Assembly (NCBI GenBank): GCA_034666325.1
Contig: JAXDMB010000307.1
Coordinates: 1-34,953 of the forward strand
Reading direction: 5' to 3'
From: Vulcanimicrobiota bacterium
Lineage (GTDB): Bacteria; Vulcanimicrobiota; Vulcanimicrobiia; Vulcanimicrobiales; Vulcanimicrobiaceae
DNA: 34,953 nucleotides
Shown here: positions 19,597-31,074 of the stretch, piece by piece
How the letters are laid out: every line of letters begins with the position of its first letter
Position numbering within the stretch: position 1 is the first letter of the stretch
Notes under the pieces: generated by a model
What the model saw: only the letters and a program-made list of their open reading frames with translations
What the model was told of the DNA's origin: nothing
Database searches by the model: none
Translations under genes and position numbers: made by a program

Positions 19597-19692
19597 ATGG
19601 CTGAAGCGACGCATGTCGTTTGGTCGGTTTTCAATGCCGTACTATCCGTGTTGCACACCGGCCTGCCCGGAATTCCGCCGGTAACGAACTAG
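19597..19692 (+). CDS. Unannotated 31-aa peptide MAEATHVVWSVFNAVLSVLHTGLPGIPPVTN
   Basis: GAAGAGGG SD-like sequence 8 nt upstream of ATG; TAG at 19690-19692; next ORF begins 4 nt later; first gene after the putative promoter. Confidence 0.65.
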   Translation: MAEATHVVWSVFNAVLSVLHTGLPGIPPVTN

Positions 19693-19696
19693 CACG

Positions 19697-20065
19697 ATGT
19701 ACCAGCTTGCCAGTGACGCTCGTCATCTCGACACGACGCGCCTGTTCATCCAGACGTGCACCTCGATGGCGGCGAGCTCGGATAACATGAATTTGGTCGA
19801 GTCCGTGACGACGCTCGTCCGCAACGTGCTCGACGGCGCCGACATCAAGCCGTTGCGCGACTTCCTCACGCGGGCCGAAGAATGGTGCAGCGATCTCGAC
19901 GACGTTCTCGCCGCGGCCGGACAAACGGTAATCGACGAGATGAACGATTTCTCGCGCATCGGGCTGCACGACGTGGTGAACCGGGTGGCGCAGATCGAGC
20001 GCGATGCTCTGGGCATCCGGCGCTCGAGCACGGGAACCACATTGCGCCCGGTGTACGCCGGCTAG
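19697..20065 (+). CDS. Hypothetical 122-aa helical protein
   Basis: Protein-like composition; fills the gap between the peptide and HD-GYP genes with 4-nt and 12-nt spacers. Confidence 0.75.
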   Translation: MYQLASDARHLDTTRLFIQTCTSMAASSDNMNLVESVTTLVRNVLDGADIKPLRDFLTRAEEWCSDLDDVLAAAGQTVIDEMNDFSRIGLHDVVNRVAQIERDALGIRRSSTGTTLRPVYAG

Positions 20066-20077
20066 GATCCCGAGATC

Positions 20078-21139
20078 ATGCGTGACGACGACATCCTGAA
20101 CGATGCGCCGCATTCCAGCCGCGCGCACATCGCGGAGCTTCTCGGCGAACGACGCGTCGAGCTGTCGAACGGCATCGTCGCGCGCTTGCAGCGCCGCCAA
20201 GGCGTCTGCGTCTCGCCGCTGATCGTGCGGACGCTCGTCCACGCGCTCGCCAACTCCATCGCGGACAGCGCCCCCGACGTCATCGTCCACTGGTCGCGCA
20301 TGGTGCGCCACGCTCATCCCGCCGCGCTGGTCGTCGCCATGGTCGACGCCGCGTGCGAGGCGGTCGAGGAGCTCGCGCACGACGAGCACGGCGACCTCGC
20401 GACGATCGTCGTCTTCCTCGAGATCGTCAAAGCGCGCGCCGCCGCGCAGATGTTCGACGACATGCCCGCGCCCCGCAACGACGCCGACGCGGCGTCGTAC
20501 GCCGCGATCGAAAGCCTGCTCGCGATGCTGCGTGCCCGCGACGACGCGACGTGCAACCACTCCCGCGCCACGGGCGAATGGGGGCGGCGCATCGCGGCGC
20601 GCATGGGCCTCGACACCGTCACCACCGAGCGCATCGTGCGCGCCGGCATCCTGCACGACATCGGCAAGATCCGCGTGCCCGACGCGATCCTGCTAAAACC
20701 CACCGCGCTCGAAGCGCACGAGTGGGAGATCATGAAGCGCCACGCCGAAGCCGGCGCCGAGATCCTTTCGCAGATCCCCGCGCTCGCGCAATACGCGCCG
20801 ATCGTCGGGACGCATCACGAATGGTTCGACGGGCGCGGCTATCCGTACGGCTTGCGCGGAGACGAGATTTCACTGGAGTCGCGGGTGGTCAGTGTCGCCG
20901 ACTCCTTCCATGCGATGACCAGCGACCGTCCGTACCGGCGCGCGCTCACCTACGGGGAGGCGATCGCAGCGCTGGCGGACGGCCGCGGCCGCCAATGGGA
21001 CAAAGAGATCGCCGACGTCATGATCGCCTTGGCTGCGGAAGATCGTACCAGCTCCGCCGACGCGAATTTGCTTTCGGCGCTCACCTCGCCGTTCTTCGGC
21101 GGCGGCGCGAAGCTAACCGGAGACGTCCGGGCGGTCTAG
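20078..21139 (+). CDS. HD-GYP domain cyclic-dinucleotide phosphodiesterase with N-terminal helical domain
   Basis: RD..T..HS, LHDIGK, K.H...GAEIL, HHEWFDGRGYP.GL.G.EI, VADSFHAMTSDRPYR. Confidence 0.93.
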   Translation: MRDDDILNDAPHSSRAHIAELLGERRVELSNGIVARLQRRQGVCVSPLIVRTLVHALANSIADSAPDVIVHWSRMVRHAHPAALVVAMVDAACEAVEELAHDEHGDLATIVVFLEIVKARAAAQMFDDMPAPRNDADAASYAAIESLLAMLRARDDATCNHSRATGEWGRRIAARMGLDTVTTERIVRAGILHDIGKIRVPDAILLKPTALEAHEWEIMKRHAEAGAEILSQIPALAQYAPIVGTHHEWFDGRGYPYGLRGDEISLESRVVSVADSFHAMTSDRPYRRALTYGEAIAALADGRGRQWDKEIADVMIALAAEDRTSSADANLLSALTSPFFGGGAKLTGDVRAV

Positions 21140-21298
21140 CGGCTCCTCGCGGGCGCGGCCGTCGCAGCCGCACATGCGCGGCGGCTCGAGCCGCGTTCCC
21201 GGAACCCAGTACTCGCACGCCGGCGCGTGCATCCGCCGCGTATGGCCGCAGCACGGCAAATGCTCGTCGGCCGGAAGAACCGGCCGTCCCTCACCCAT
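21113..21298 (-). CDS. Possible small Cys/His-rich metal-binding protein
   Basis: MGEGRPVLPADEHLPCCGHTRRMHAPACEYW...RMCGC; fills the mfd/HD-GYP gap and overlaps the HD-GYP 3' end by 27 nt. Confidence 0.45.
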   Translation of the reverse strand: MGEGRPVLPADEHLPCCGHTRRMHAPACEYWVPGTRLEPPRMCGCDGRAREEPLDRPDVSG

Positions 21299-21348
21299 GC
21301 CGCCAAGGCTACGGCATCCTCGCACCTCGAGTCAACGGTGCGCGCGTA

Positions 21349-24891
<3,543 letters not shown>

Positions 24892-24908
24892 GGCCTCCTA
24901 GAGTACCA
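24892..24908 (-). promoter_or_regulatory. Putative extended -10 promoter of mfd
   Basis: Minus strand TGG-TACTCT-aggaggcc-GTG. Confidence 0.4.
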
Positions 24909-24912
24909 CGCG

Positions 24913-26394
24913 TCAGGGTGTCCGGCGATGGACTTTCCACTGGGATGGAGTCCCGTTGGTCGTGCGCTTCTCCGCCGCTTTGCTCACCAGCAGCCCGTGC
25001 AAATAGACCCCGAGCGAACGCGGGTCTTCGGACACGCCGAGCGCCTTGGGCGAGCGCGCGTCGTCGGTCCGCAGCACGAGCCGGTTGACGCGGCCGGCTT
25101 CGAGCGCGACCGGCCCGCACAGGACCGTGCGCGGACCCGGCGCCGGGAACAGCTCGGTGTCGCCGCTGGTGACGTCGATGATCGGCGCCTCGGTCGCAAT
25201 CGCCGTCCCGCGAAACAAGGTCGCACCGTTGAGCTCCACCGCGACGCTCTTCGACGATTGCGGTCCGACCAAGATGCAGCTCAGCTCGACCGAGATCACG
25301 TACTCGCCGCTTTTCTCGACGGTGAAGAACAGGTCGGCATCCGTGCTCCCGCTCCACACGCCGCCCTCCTCGAGGACGTTCCACGCGGCGCCGAGGAACC
25401 GTCTCGTGCTGTCCGGAGCTCCGTACCGGTAGCGCACACCGGGCGTGAGTTTCTCGACGAACTCGGCCAGCTCGCCGACCGCGTCGTCACCCGTGCCGAT
25501 GAGATGTTTTTCCGGCCACGAAGCGATCGCGTCTCCGAACGCCGCGTCGACGCGCGCGCGCTCTTCCGCCGTCAGGATGATCCGCGTTTCGGTTTGCGGC
25601 TGTACGAGCCGGCGCGTGTCGTGAAGCGGGATACCGAGAAAGTGTTCCAGCCGCGCGACGACGTCCGCGCTGCGCGCCACGAGATCCTCGAACTTGACGA
25701 CGTAGCACGCGGCGGGATCGTCCGCGACGTGTGACATCAGCGCCAGAACGTTTTGGCGGTATTCCGCAATGGCGCCGTCGATGTCGGTGATCTCCCACTC
25801 GTCCGCGCCGATCTGCGTCAGGTTGCGCCGGTTCATCATCGAGTTGATGGTATCGAGCGGGTTGCGCACCATGAACAGATAGCGAATGTCGCTGAAGTAC
25901 GGCGACAGCGCGGCGCGGCCGTCGGCGACCACCGAGCCGGGCGTCTTCGAACCGATGATCTTGACGTCGCGTTTGCCGACCGTCGCTTCGACGACCGCGG
26001 TCACGATCGCACCGAACCGCTGTTCCGTCGGATAGTGCTCGTACGGCGGGTCGCCGAAGTCGTTGAAGTACGCGGTCTCCGACTCGACGTCGGTGAGCTC
26101 GAAGCCTTCGGGAGCGAGCGCGAAGCGGCGTCCGGTCTCCTCGTCGTACGCGAGCAGCACGCGCAGATCGCGCACGAGCGCGTCCAGCGAGTACTCGTAG
26201 ATCACGGCGCCGTCCGGGCTGGCGTTGATCATCGCGGCGATGAGCGTCGTCCCCGAACGCGGGCAGCCGCGAATCAAGAGGACGTGCGGCGTCGCGAGCG
26301 GGGCCGGCGGTTCGCGCCGCCGGCGGAAAATCTGAAAAGCGGTCGGGCTCGGCGCCGCGGCCGGAGTCGGGATCGGAGCGGGTGGGGCGTCCAT
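24913..26394 (-). CDS. PAPS-dependent sulfotransferase family protein with C-terminal beta-sandwich domain
   Basis: 5'-PSB loop IRGCPRSGTTLI, KTP, 3'-PB motif VRNPLDTINS, VKFEDLV; C-terminal W...E.GGVWS...DPRSLGV. Start taken at ATG 26394. Confidence 0.82.
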   Translation of the reverse strand: MDAPPAPIPTPAAAPSPTAFQIFRRRREPPAPLATPHVLLIRGCPRSGTTLIAAMINASPDGAVIYEYSLDALVRDLRVLLAYDEETGRRFALAPEGFELTDVESETAYFNDFGDPPYEHYPTEQRFGAIVTAVVEATVGKRDVKIIGSKTPGSVVADGRAALSPYFSDIRYLFMVRNPLDTINSMMNRRNLTQIGADEWEITDIDGAIAEYRQNVLALMSHVADDPAACYVVKFEDLVARSADVVARLEHFLGIPLHDTRRLVQPQTETRIILTAEERARVDAAFGDAIASWPEKHLIGTGDDAVGELAEFVEKLTPGVRYRYGAPDSTRRFLGAAWNVLEEGGVWSGSTDADLFFTVEKSGEYVISVELSCILVGPQSSKSVAVELNGATLFRGTAIATEAPIIDVTSGDTELFPAPGPRTVLCGPVALEAGRVNRLVLRTDDARSPKALGVSEDPRSLGVYLHGLLVSKAAEKRTTNGTPSQWKVHRRTP

Positions 26395-26463
26395 CGGTCC
26401 ATGCCCATTCGGAACGTTCGGTGCGCGGCCATGCCGTCCACACCGCGTTCTCATTCGGCAGTG

Positions 26464-26503
26464 GTGGCAGTGTATTGACAAGAGTGCCAGCGAGCGATAA
26501 AAT
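26464..26503 (+). promoter_or_regulatory. Housekeeping-sigma promoter overlapped by a CIRCE-like (HrcA) operator
   Basis: TTGACA (26475-26480)-17 nt-TAAAAT (26498-26503); GTGGCAGTG-N9-GAGTGCCAG (26464-26490) versus CIRCE consensus TTAGCACTC-N9-GAGTGCTAA; directly upstream of hsp20. Confidence 0.8.
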
Positions 26504-26565
26504 TGGTGGTGCCAGAATTATGGCCGCCCCGCCAAGGCGGCGATCTTCGGAGGATTCAAGGAGAC

Positions 26566-26955
26566 ATGGCTGATCTGATGGTTCGCCCGAACGGCGGGAG
26601 CCGCGGGCTCGTGAGCGACTTGTTCGGATTCGACCCGCTGCGCGCGGTGTTCGGCAATGCGCCGCAGTACGGCGGCAGCGTCAGCGGCGACGTGCAGAAG
26701 ACCGAGGACGGCTGGAACGTCGAGATTCCGGTACCGGGCTTCAAGCCCGATCAGATCGACGTCACGGTCGAGGACCGCGTGCTCACGGTTACCGGCAAGA
26801 CCGAGCGGCGCTCGTTCCAGCGCTCGATCCTGCTTCCGGAAGAGGTCGATGCCGAGACGATCGGCGCGAAGGTCGAGCACGGCATGCTGAGCCTGGCCCT
26901 CCACTTGCACCCGAAAGCGCAGCCCCGCAAGATCGAAGTCAAAGTCGTCAACTAG
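26566..26955 (+). CDS. Hsp20/alpha-crystallin small heat shock protein
   Basis: AAGGAG SD then ATG 26566; VEIPVPGFKPDQIDVTVEDRVLTVTG, FQRSILLPEEVD...AKVEHGML...PRKIEV. Confidence 0.94.
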   Translation: MADLMVRPNGGSRGLVSDLFGFDPLRAVFGNAPQYGGSVSGDVQKTEDGWNVEIPVPGFKPDQIDVTVEDRVLTVTGKTERRSFQRSILLPEEVDAETIGAKVEHGMLSLALHLHPKAQPRKIEVKVVN

Positions 26956-26966
26956 CGCTCGAGCGG

Positions 26967-26983
26967 CCTTCCACGAGCTCAGG
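26967..26983 (+). repeat. Short dispersed REP-like motif, copy 2
   Basis: CCTTCCACGAGCTCAGG, 11 nt after the hsp20 stop. Confidence 0.4.
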
Positions 26984-27015
26984 CTCCGAAGCTCGCCCCG
27001 CGATGATTGACGGAA

Positions 27016-27052
27016 GCCCCGCGCTAAATCGACCTGCGCGGGGTTTTTGTTT
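27016..27052 (+). terminator. Intrinsic terminator after hsp20
   Basis: CCCCGCGC-11 nt loop-GCGCGGGG followed by TTTTTGTTT. Confidence 0.82.
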
Positions 27053-27058
27053 GCGGCG

Positions 27059-28669
27059 CTATCGCTCCAGGCGGACGGGGAGCGAGTAGGTCGTGCTGCG
27101 GCCGTCGGCCGTCGTCGCGACGAACTCTACCTGGTAGCTCCGGCCGAGCAAGAAGAAGGGGATGCCGCTCGGGAGCTGCTCCTGGCCGGCGAAGTACCCC
27201 GGCGCGCCTTGCGGGACGGCGATCTCGTGGCCCATCGTGCGCGCGACGACGGTGGTCACGTCGGTGCTCGTCGTGATCCGGACCAGCAGCAGGCCGCCCT
27301 TGTGGAGCACCCGGTCGTTGAGCGCGATCTCGAGGATGCGCGGCGCGCCGGCCGGGCCGGGGCCCGGTGCGACGACGTACGCGAACGGGTTCGGCGACGC
27401 GCTCGCCTGCGGGGCCGGCGTCGCCGGCGCGGGGGTCGGCGTCGGCGGGATCGGGGTGGTTGTCGCCGCGGGAGCCGGCGCGGGCGTCGCGACCGGCGGC
27501 GGCGCCGGCGGAGCCGGGTTGGGCTGCGGCGAGGGCGCGGGGGCGAGCGCGAGGAGCAAGGGGAGTGCGTATAGGGCGAGCATCGTGCCTCCGAGCAACG
27601 CCGGGTCGCGGAGCGCGGTTCCCGGGACGGCGTCCTGGACGTACCCCGCGACGCCGGTGAACGATGCGGCGAGCAGCGCGGCGGATGCGGGCGTGCGCCC
27701 CGCGAGCGCGATGACCGGCACGAGCCAGATCGCGTACCACGGAGCGGGCGACGGCAGAAGGACCCAGCCCGCCAGCGTCGCCCCGGCGAGGACGTCGCCC
27801 CCGCGCAGCGCGCGAGCGACGGCCGCCAGCGCGAGGGCGCCCAGCACGCCGCCGACGGCGAGCGGAATTGGGGATCCGGACCAGGCTGCGAGCGCGGGCG
27901 CGCCGATCAGCGACACGCGCGGCGGACCCGCAGCATGGTCCACCCCGTGCACGACCGACGACCACGCCAGCGGCGCATAGGCGACCGCAAGGGCCGCGAA
28001 GGCGACGGCTGCCGCGACGCCGCGCTGCCCCGCGGACCCGTCTCGCGCCGTGCGCACGTTCGCAATCGGGCCCGCTTTGGCGCGCAGGCCGGTGAGCGCC
28101 GCGACGAGCGGGACGACGGCGATCGCTTTCACTGCGGTCGCCGCGACGAGCAGCGCGAGTCGTGCGGTCTCGCCCCGCATCTGTCCCGAGAGCAGGACGG
28201 GCGCGAGCCAGAAGACGTCGTTGTGGCCTTCGGCCGCACTCCAGAGCACGACGGGGTGAAAGGCGAGCAGCGACGCGAGCCGCGGGCGGGTGCGCCCGGC
28301 GAGCGCGATGCACCCCAGCAGCGCGAGCGCGGCCAGGACGCGCAGCACGAGGATCGTTCCGCCCGGCCCCAGAGGCCGCGTCGCCGCGACGACCAGCGCG
28401 CACGGGACCGTGAACAGCGGCCCGTAGACGTCGCGCGGCAGCGAGCCGTCCCACGCGCGCAGCGCGGCGTCCAGTAGCGGATCGGCGAACGGCGCGACGT
28501 CCGCCGCGCGGTAGGCGTGCGCCCACGGATCGGCGCCGTGCGCAAGGAGCGCGCCGTAGGCGGCGTACGCCCACACGTCGGCCGACAGCCGGACCGGCAC
28601 GGCGAGCGCGCAGGCGAGCGCGAGCGCTGCGACCGCGAGACGGACCGGCACGCCGGGGCGAATGCGCAC
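27059..28669 (-). CDS. GT-C type (MptA/MptB/GT87-like) membrane glycosyltransferase fused via a Pro/Ala/Thr linker to a C-terminal Ig-like domain
   Basis: LSADVWAYAAYG...DPW, DVYGPLF, HPVV...AEGHND, AVK, PWYAIW and multiple TMs, then a PAP-rich linker and a ~90-aa beta-rich domain. Start approximate. Confidence 0.78.
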   Translation of the reverse strand: MRIRPGVPVRLAVAALALACALAVPVRLSADVWAYAAYGALLAHGADPWAHAYRAADVAPFADPLLDAALRAWDGSLPRDVYGPLFTVPCALVVAATRPLGPGGTILVLRVLAALALLGCIALAGRTRPRLASLLAFHPVVLWSAAEGHNDVFWLAPVLLSGQMRGETARLALLVAATAVKAIAVVPLVAALTGLRAKAGPIANVRTARDGSAGQRGVAAAVAFAALAVAYAPLAWSSVVHGVDHAAGPPRVSLIGAPALAAWSGSPIPLAVGGVLGALALAAVARALRGGDVLAGATLAGWVLLPSPAPWYAIWLVPVIALAGRTPASAALLAASFTGVAGYVQDAVPGTALRDPALLGGTMLALYALPLLLALAPAPSPQPNPAPPAPPPVATPAPAPAATTTPIPPTPTPAPATPAPQASASPNPFAYVVAPGPGPAGAPRILEIALNDRVLHKGGLLLVRITTSTDVTTVVARTMGHEIAVPQGAPGYFAGQEQLPSGIPFFLLGRSYQVEFVATTADGRSTTYSLPVRLER

Positions 28670-28710
28670 GGCCAGGGCTTCGCGACGGCGCCGCACGAAT
28701 CCGCAGCCGG

Positions 28711-30000
28711 ATGGATGACGGCTGGCTGCGGCGCGCTCTGGCGGCCAAACGCGACGGCGGGGCGCTCGACGACGGCACGTGGGCGCGCATCGTGGACGGC
28801 TACGTGGACGGCGAGATCGACGACGCCCCGGTGGCCGCGCTCGCGATGGCCTGCGCGATCCAGGGCATGGCCGACGGCGAGATCGCCGCGCTGACCGGCG
28901 CGATGGTCCGCTCCGGTGACGTGATCGCGTTCGGCGGCCCGGGCACGGTCGTCGACAAGCACTCGTCGGGCGGCGTCGGCGACACGGTGTCGCTCATCGC
29001 GGTGCCGCTCGTCGCGGCGTGCGGCGTACGGGTCGCCAAGCTCTCCGGCCGCGCGCTCGGGCACACCGGCGGCACGCTGGACAAGCTCGAGGCGATCGAG
29101 GGCGTTCGCACGGACCTGTCGCCGGACGCGTTCGTCGCCCAGGTGAACGCGATCGGCTGCGCGATCGCCGCGCAGTCCGAGCGGCTCGTGCCGGCCGACA
29201 AGAAGCTCTACGAGCTGCGCGACCGCACCGGAACGGTGCCGTCCGTCGGGCTCATCGCCGCGTCGATCGTGTCGAAGAAGATCGCCGGGGGCGCCGGCGC
29301 GATCGTGTTCGACGTGAAGGCCGGGCGGGGCGCGTTCATGCGGACCGTGTCAGACGCGACCGTGCTCGCGCAAACGCTGGTGCGGCTGGCGTCCTCGTTC
29401 GGCCGGCGCTCGAGCGCGCTGGTCAGCGACATGGAGGAGCCGCTCGGAGCCGCGATCGGGAGCGGGATCGAGGCGGTCGAGGCGCGCGACTTTCTCCGCG
29501 GGGACGACCGCGATCCGCGCCTTTCCGAGGCGGTGTTCGCCGTCGTGCACGAGATGCTGCGGGTGGGCGGCATGCCCGAGCGCGAGATCGAGCCGCGCGC
29601 GCTCGACGCGCTGCAGTCGGGCGCCGCGTACGAGCGGCTCGGGCGTCTGGTGGAGGCGCAGGGCGGCCGCGCCGCGACCCTCGACGCAATCGTCGCGCAC
29701 CCGCACCGGGCGACCGCGAGCGCGGCTGCGGGCGGCGTCGTGACGGCCATCGACGCCGCCGCGCTCGGCGAGCTGGCGCGCGATGCCGTCGCGTCCGACG
29801 GTGCGTTCGCCGGAATCCGGCTCGTCGCGCGCGTCGGCACCGCCGTGCGCGCGGGCGACGTGCTCGCGGCGTGCGCCGGGCCGTCGCTCGACCCCGGCGC
29901 CGTCGCGCGCGCCTTCACGGTGGGCGCGGAAGCGCCGCCGCCGCGCAAGCTGGTCGAAGCCGTGGTGAGGGATGCGGCGCCGGGGCCGTTGGTGAACTAA
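28711..30000 (+). CDS. pdp: Pyrimidine-nucleoside/thymidine phosphorylase
   Basis: KRDG, VDKHSSGGVGD, KLSGRALGHTGGTLDKLE, PADKKLYELRD.TGTV, ASIVSKK, DVKAGRGAFM. Confidence 0.93.
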   Translation: MDDGWLRRALAAKRDGGALDDGTWARIVDGYVDGEIDDAPVAALAMACAIQGMADGEIAALTGAMVRSGDVIAFGGPGTVVDKHSSGGVGDTVSLIAVPLVAACGVRVAKLSGRALGHTGGTLDKLEAIEGVRTDLSPDAFVAQVNAIGCAIAAQSERLVPADKKLYELRDRTGTVPSVGLIAASIVSKKIAGGAGAIVFDVKAGRGAFMRTVSDATVLAQTLVRLASSFGRRSSALVSDMEEPLGAAIGSGIEAVEARDFLRGDDRDPRLSEAVFAVVHEMLRVGGMPEREIEPRALDALQSGAAYERLGRLVEAQGGRAATLDAIVAHPHRATASAAAGGVVTAIDAAALGELARDAVASDGAFAGIRLVARVGTAVRAGDVLAACAGPSLDPGAVARAFTVGAEAPPPRKLVEAVVRDAAPGPLVN

Positions 30001-30003
30001 GAA

Positions 30004-31074
30004 ATGAATGGTGACGCAGCGAGCTCAGCGGTGAACGGCCGGACGGCCGGACGGGTCGTGGTGACGGGCGCGGCGGGCCTGATCGGCAGCGCGCTCGTGC
30101 GGCGCCTCAACCTCGACGGAATCGACGACATCATCGCGGTCGACCGGCTCGGGACGAGCGAGAAGTGGCGCCACCTCGTGCCGCTGCGGTTCGCCGAGTA
30201 CTTCGACGCCGAGGAGTTTTTCGCGCGGATCGCGCGCGAGCCGGGCGCGTTCGGCGAGATCTCCGCGGTGTTCCACCTCGGCGCGTGCTCGTCCACGACC
30301 GAGCGCGACGCGTCGTATCTGGTCGCGAACAACGTGCGCCGCTCGCAAGAGATCGCGCGCTGGGCGCTGGAACTGGGCGCGCGCTTCGTCTACGCGTCGT
30401 CGGCCGCGACGTACGGCGCTCGCGAGAGCGACATGCGCGAGGATCTCGATCCGCACGCCCTGCGCCCGCTCAACATGTACGGGTACTCCAAGCACCTGTT
30501 CGACCAGTGGATGCGCCGCGAGAACCTGCTGGGCCGCGCCGTCGCGATCAAGTACTTCAACGTCTACGGGCCCAACGAAGACCACAAGGGCACGATGCGC
30601 AGCGTGGTCGCGAAAGCGTACGACCAGATTCACGAGCGCGGCGCAATCGAGCTTTTCAAGAGCTATCGCGACGGCGTCGCGGACGGCGAGCAGACGCGCG
30701 ATTTCCTGTACGTGAAGGACGCCGCGGCGATCACCGCGTTTCTCGCGCGCGCGCCGCGCGCCGCCGGAATCTACAACGTCGGCTCGGGCACGGACCGCAG
30801 CTGGAACGACCTCGCGCGCGCCGTGTTCGCGGCGCTCGGCGCCCCGCCGCGCATCGAGTACGTGGAGATGCCCGAAGCGCTGCGCGGCAAGTACCAGTAC
30901 CGCACGGTCGCGACGATCGACCGGCTTCGCGCGGCGGGCTGGACGCAGCCGATCACGTCGCTCGAAGACGCCGTCGCGGACTACGTGCGCGGTTATCTCG
31001 TGACGGGCGCCGTGCTCGGCTCGGAATCGGACGGTGCGTCGAGCCCGCTGCCGACGTTGTCCGCAACGAGGTAG
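30004..31074 (+). CDS. hldD: ADP-L-glycero-D-manno-heptose 6-epimerase
   Basis: VTGAAGLIGS, FHLGACSSTTE, YASSAATYG, PLNMYGYSKHLFD, YFNVYGPNEDHKG.MRSV, RDFLYVKD, GKYQY.T.A. Confidence 0.92.
   Translation: MNGDAASSAVNGRTAGRVVVTGAAGLIGSALVRRLNLDGIDDIIAVDRLGTSEKWRHLVPLRFAEYFDAEEFFARIAREPGAFGEISAVFHLGACSSTTERDASYLVANNVRRSQEIARWALELGARFVYASSAATYGARESDMREDLDPHALRPLNMYGYSKHLFDQWMRRENLLGRAVAIKYFNVYGPNEDHKGTMRSVVAKAYDQIHERGAIELFKSYRDGVADGEQTRDFLYVKDAAAITAFLARAPRAAGIYNVGSGTDRSWNDLARAVFAALGAPPRIEYVEMPEALRGKYQYRTVATIDRLRAAGWTQPITSLEDAVADYVRGYLVTGAVLGSESDGASSPLPTLSATR

Noticed and set aside
12451-21348. Prophage, ICE or transposon interpretation of the accessory block
   Set aside because: No integrase, transposase, tRNA target or terminal repeats are visible.
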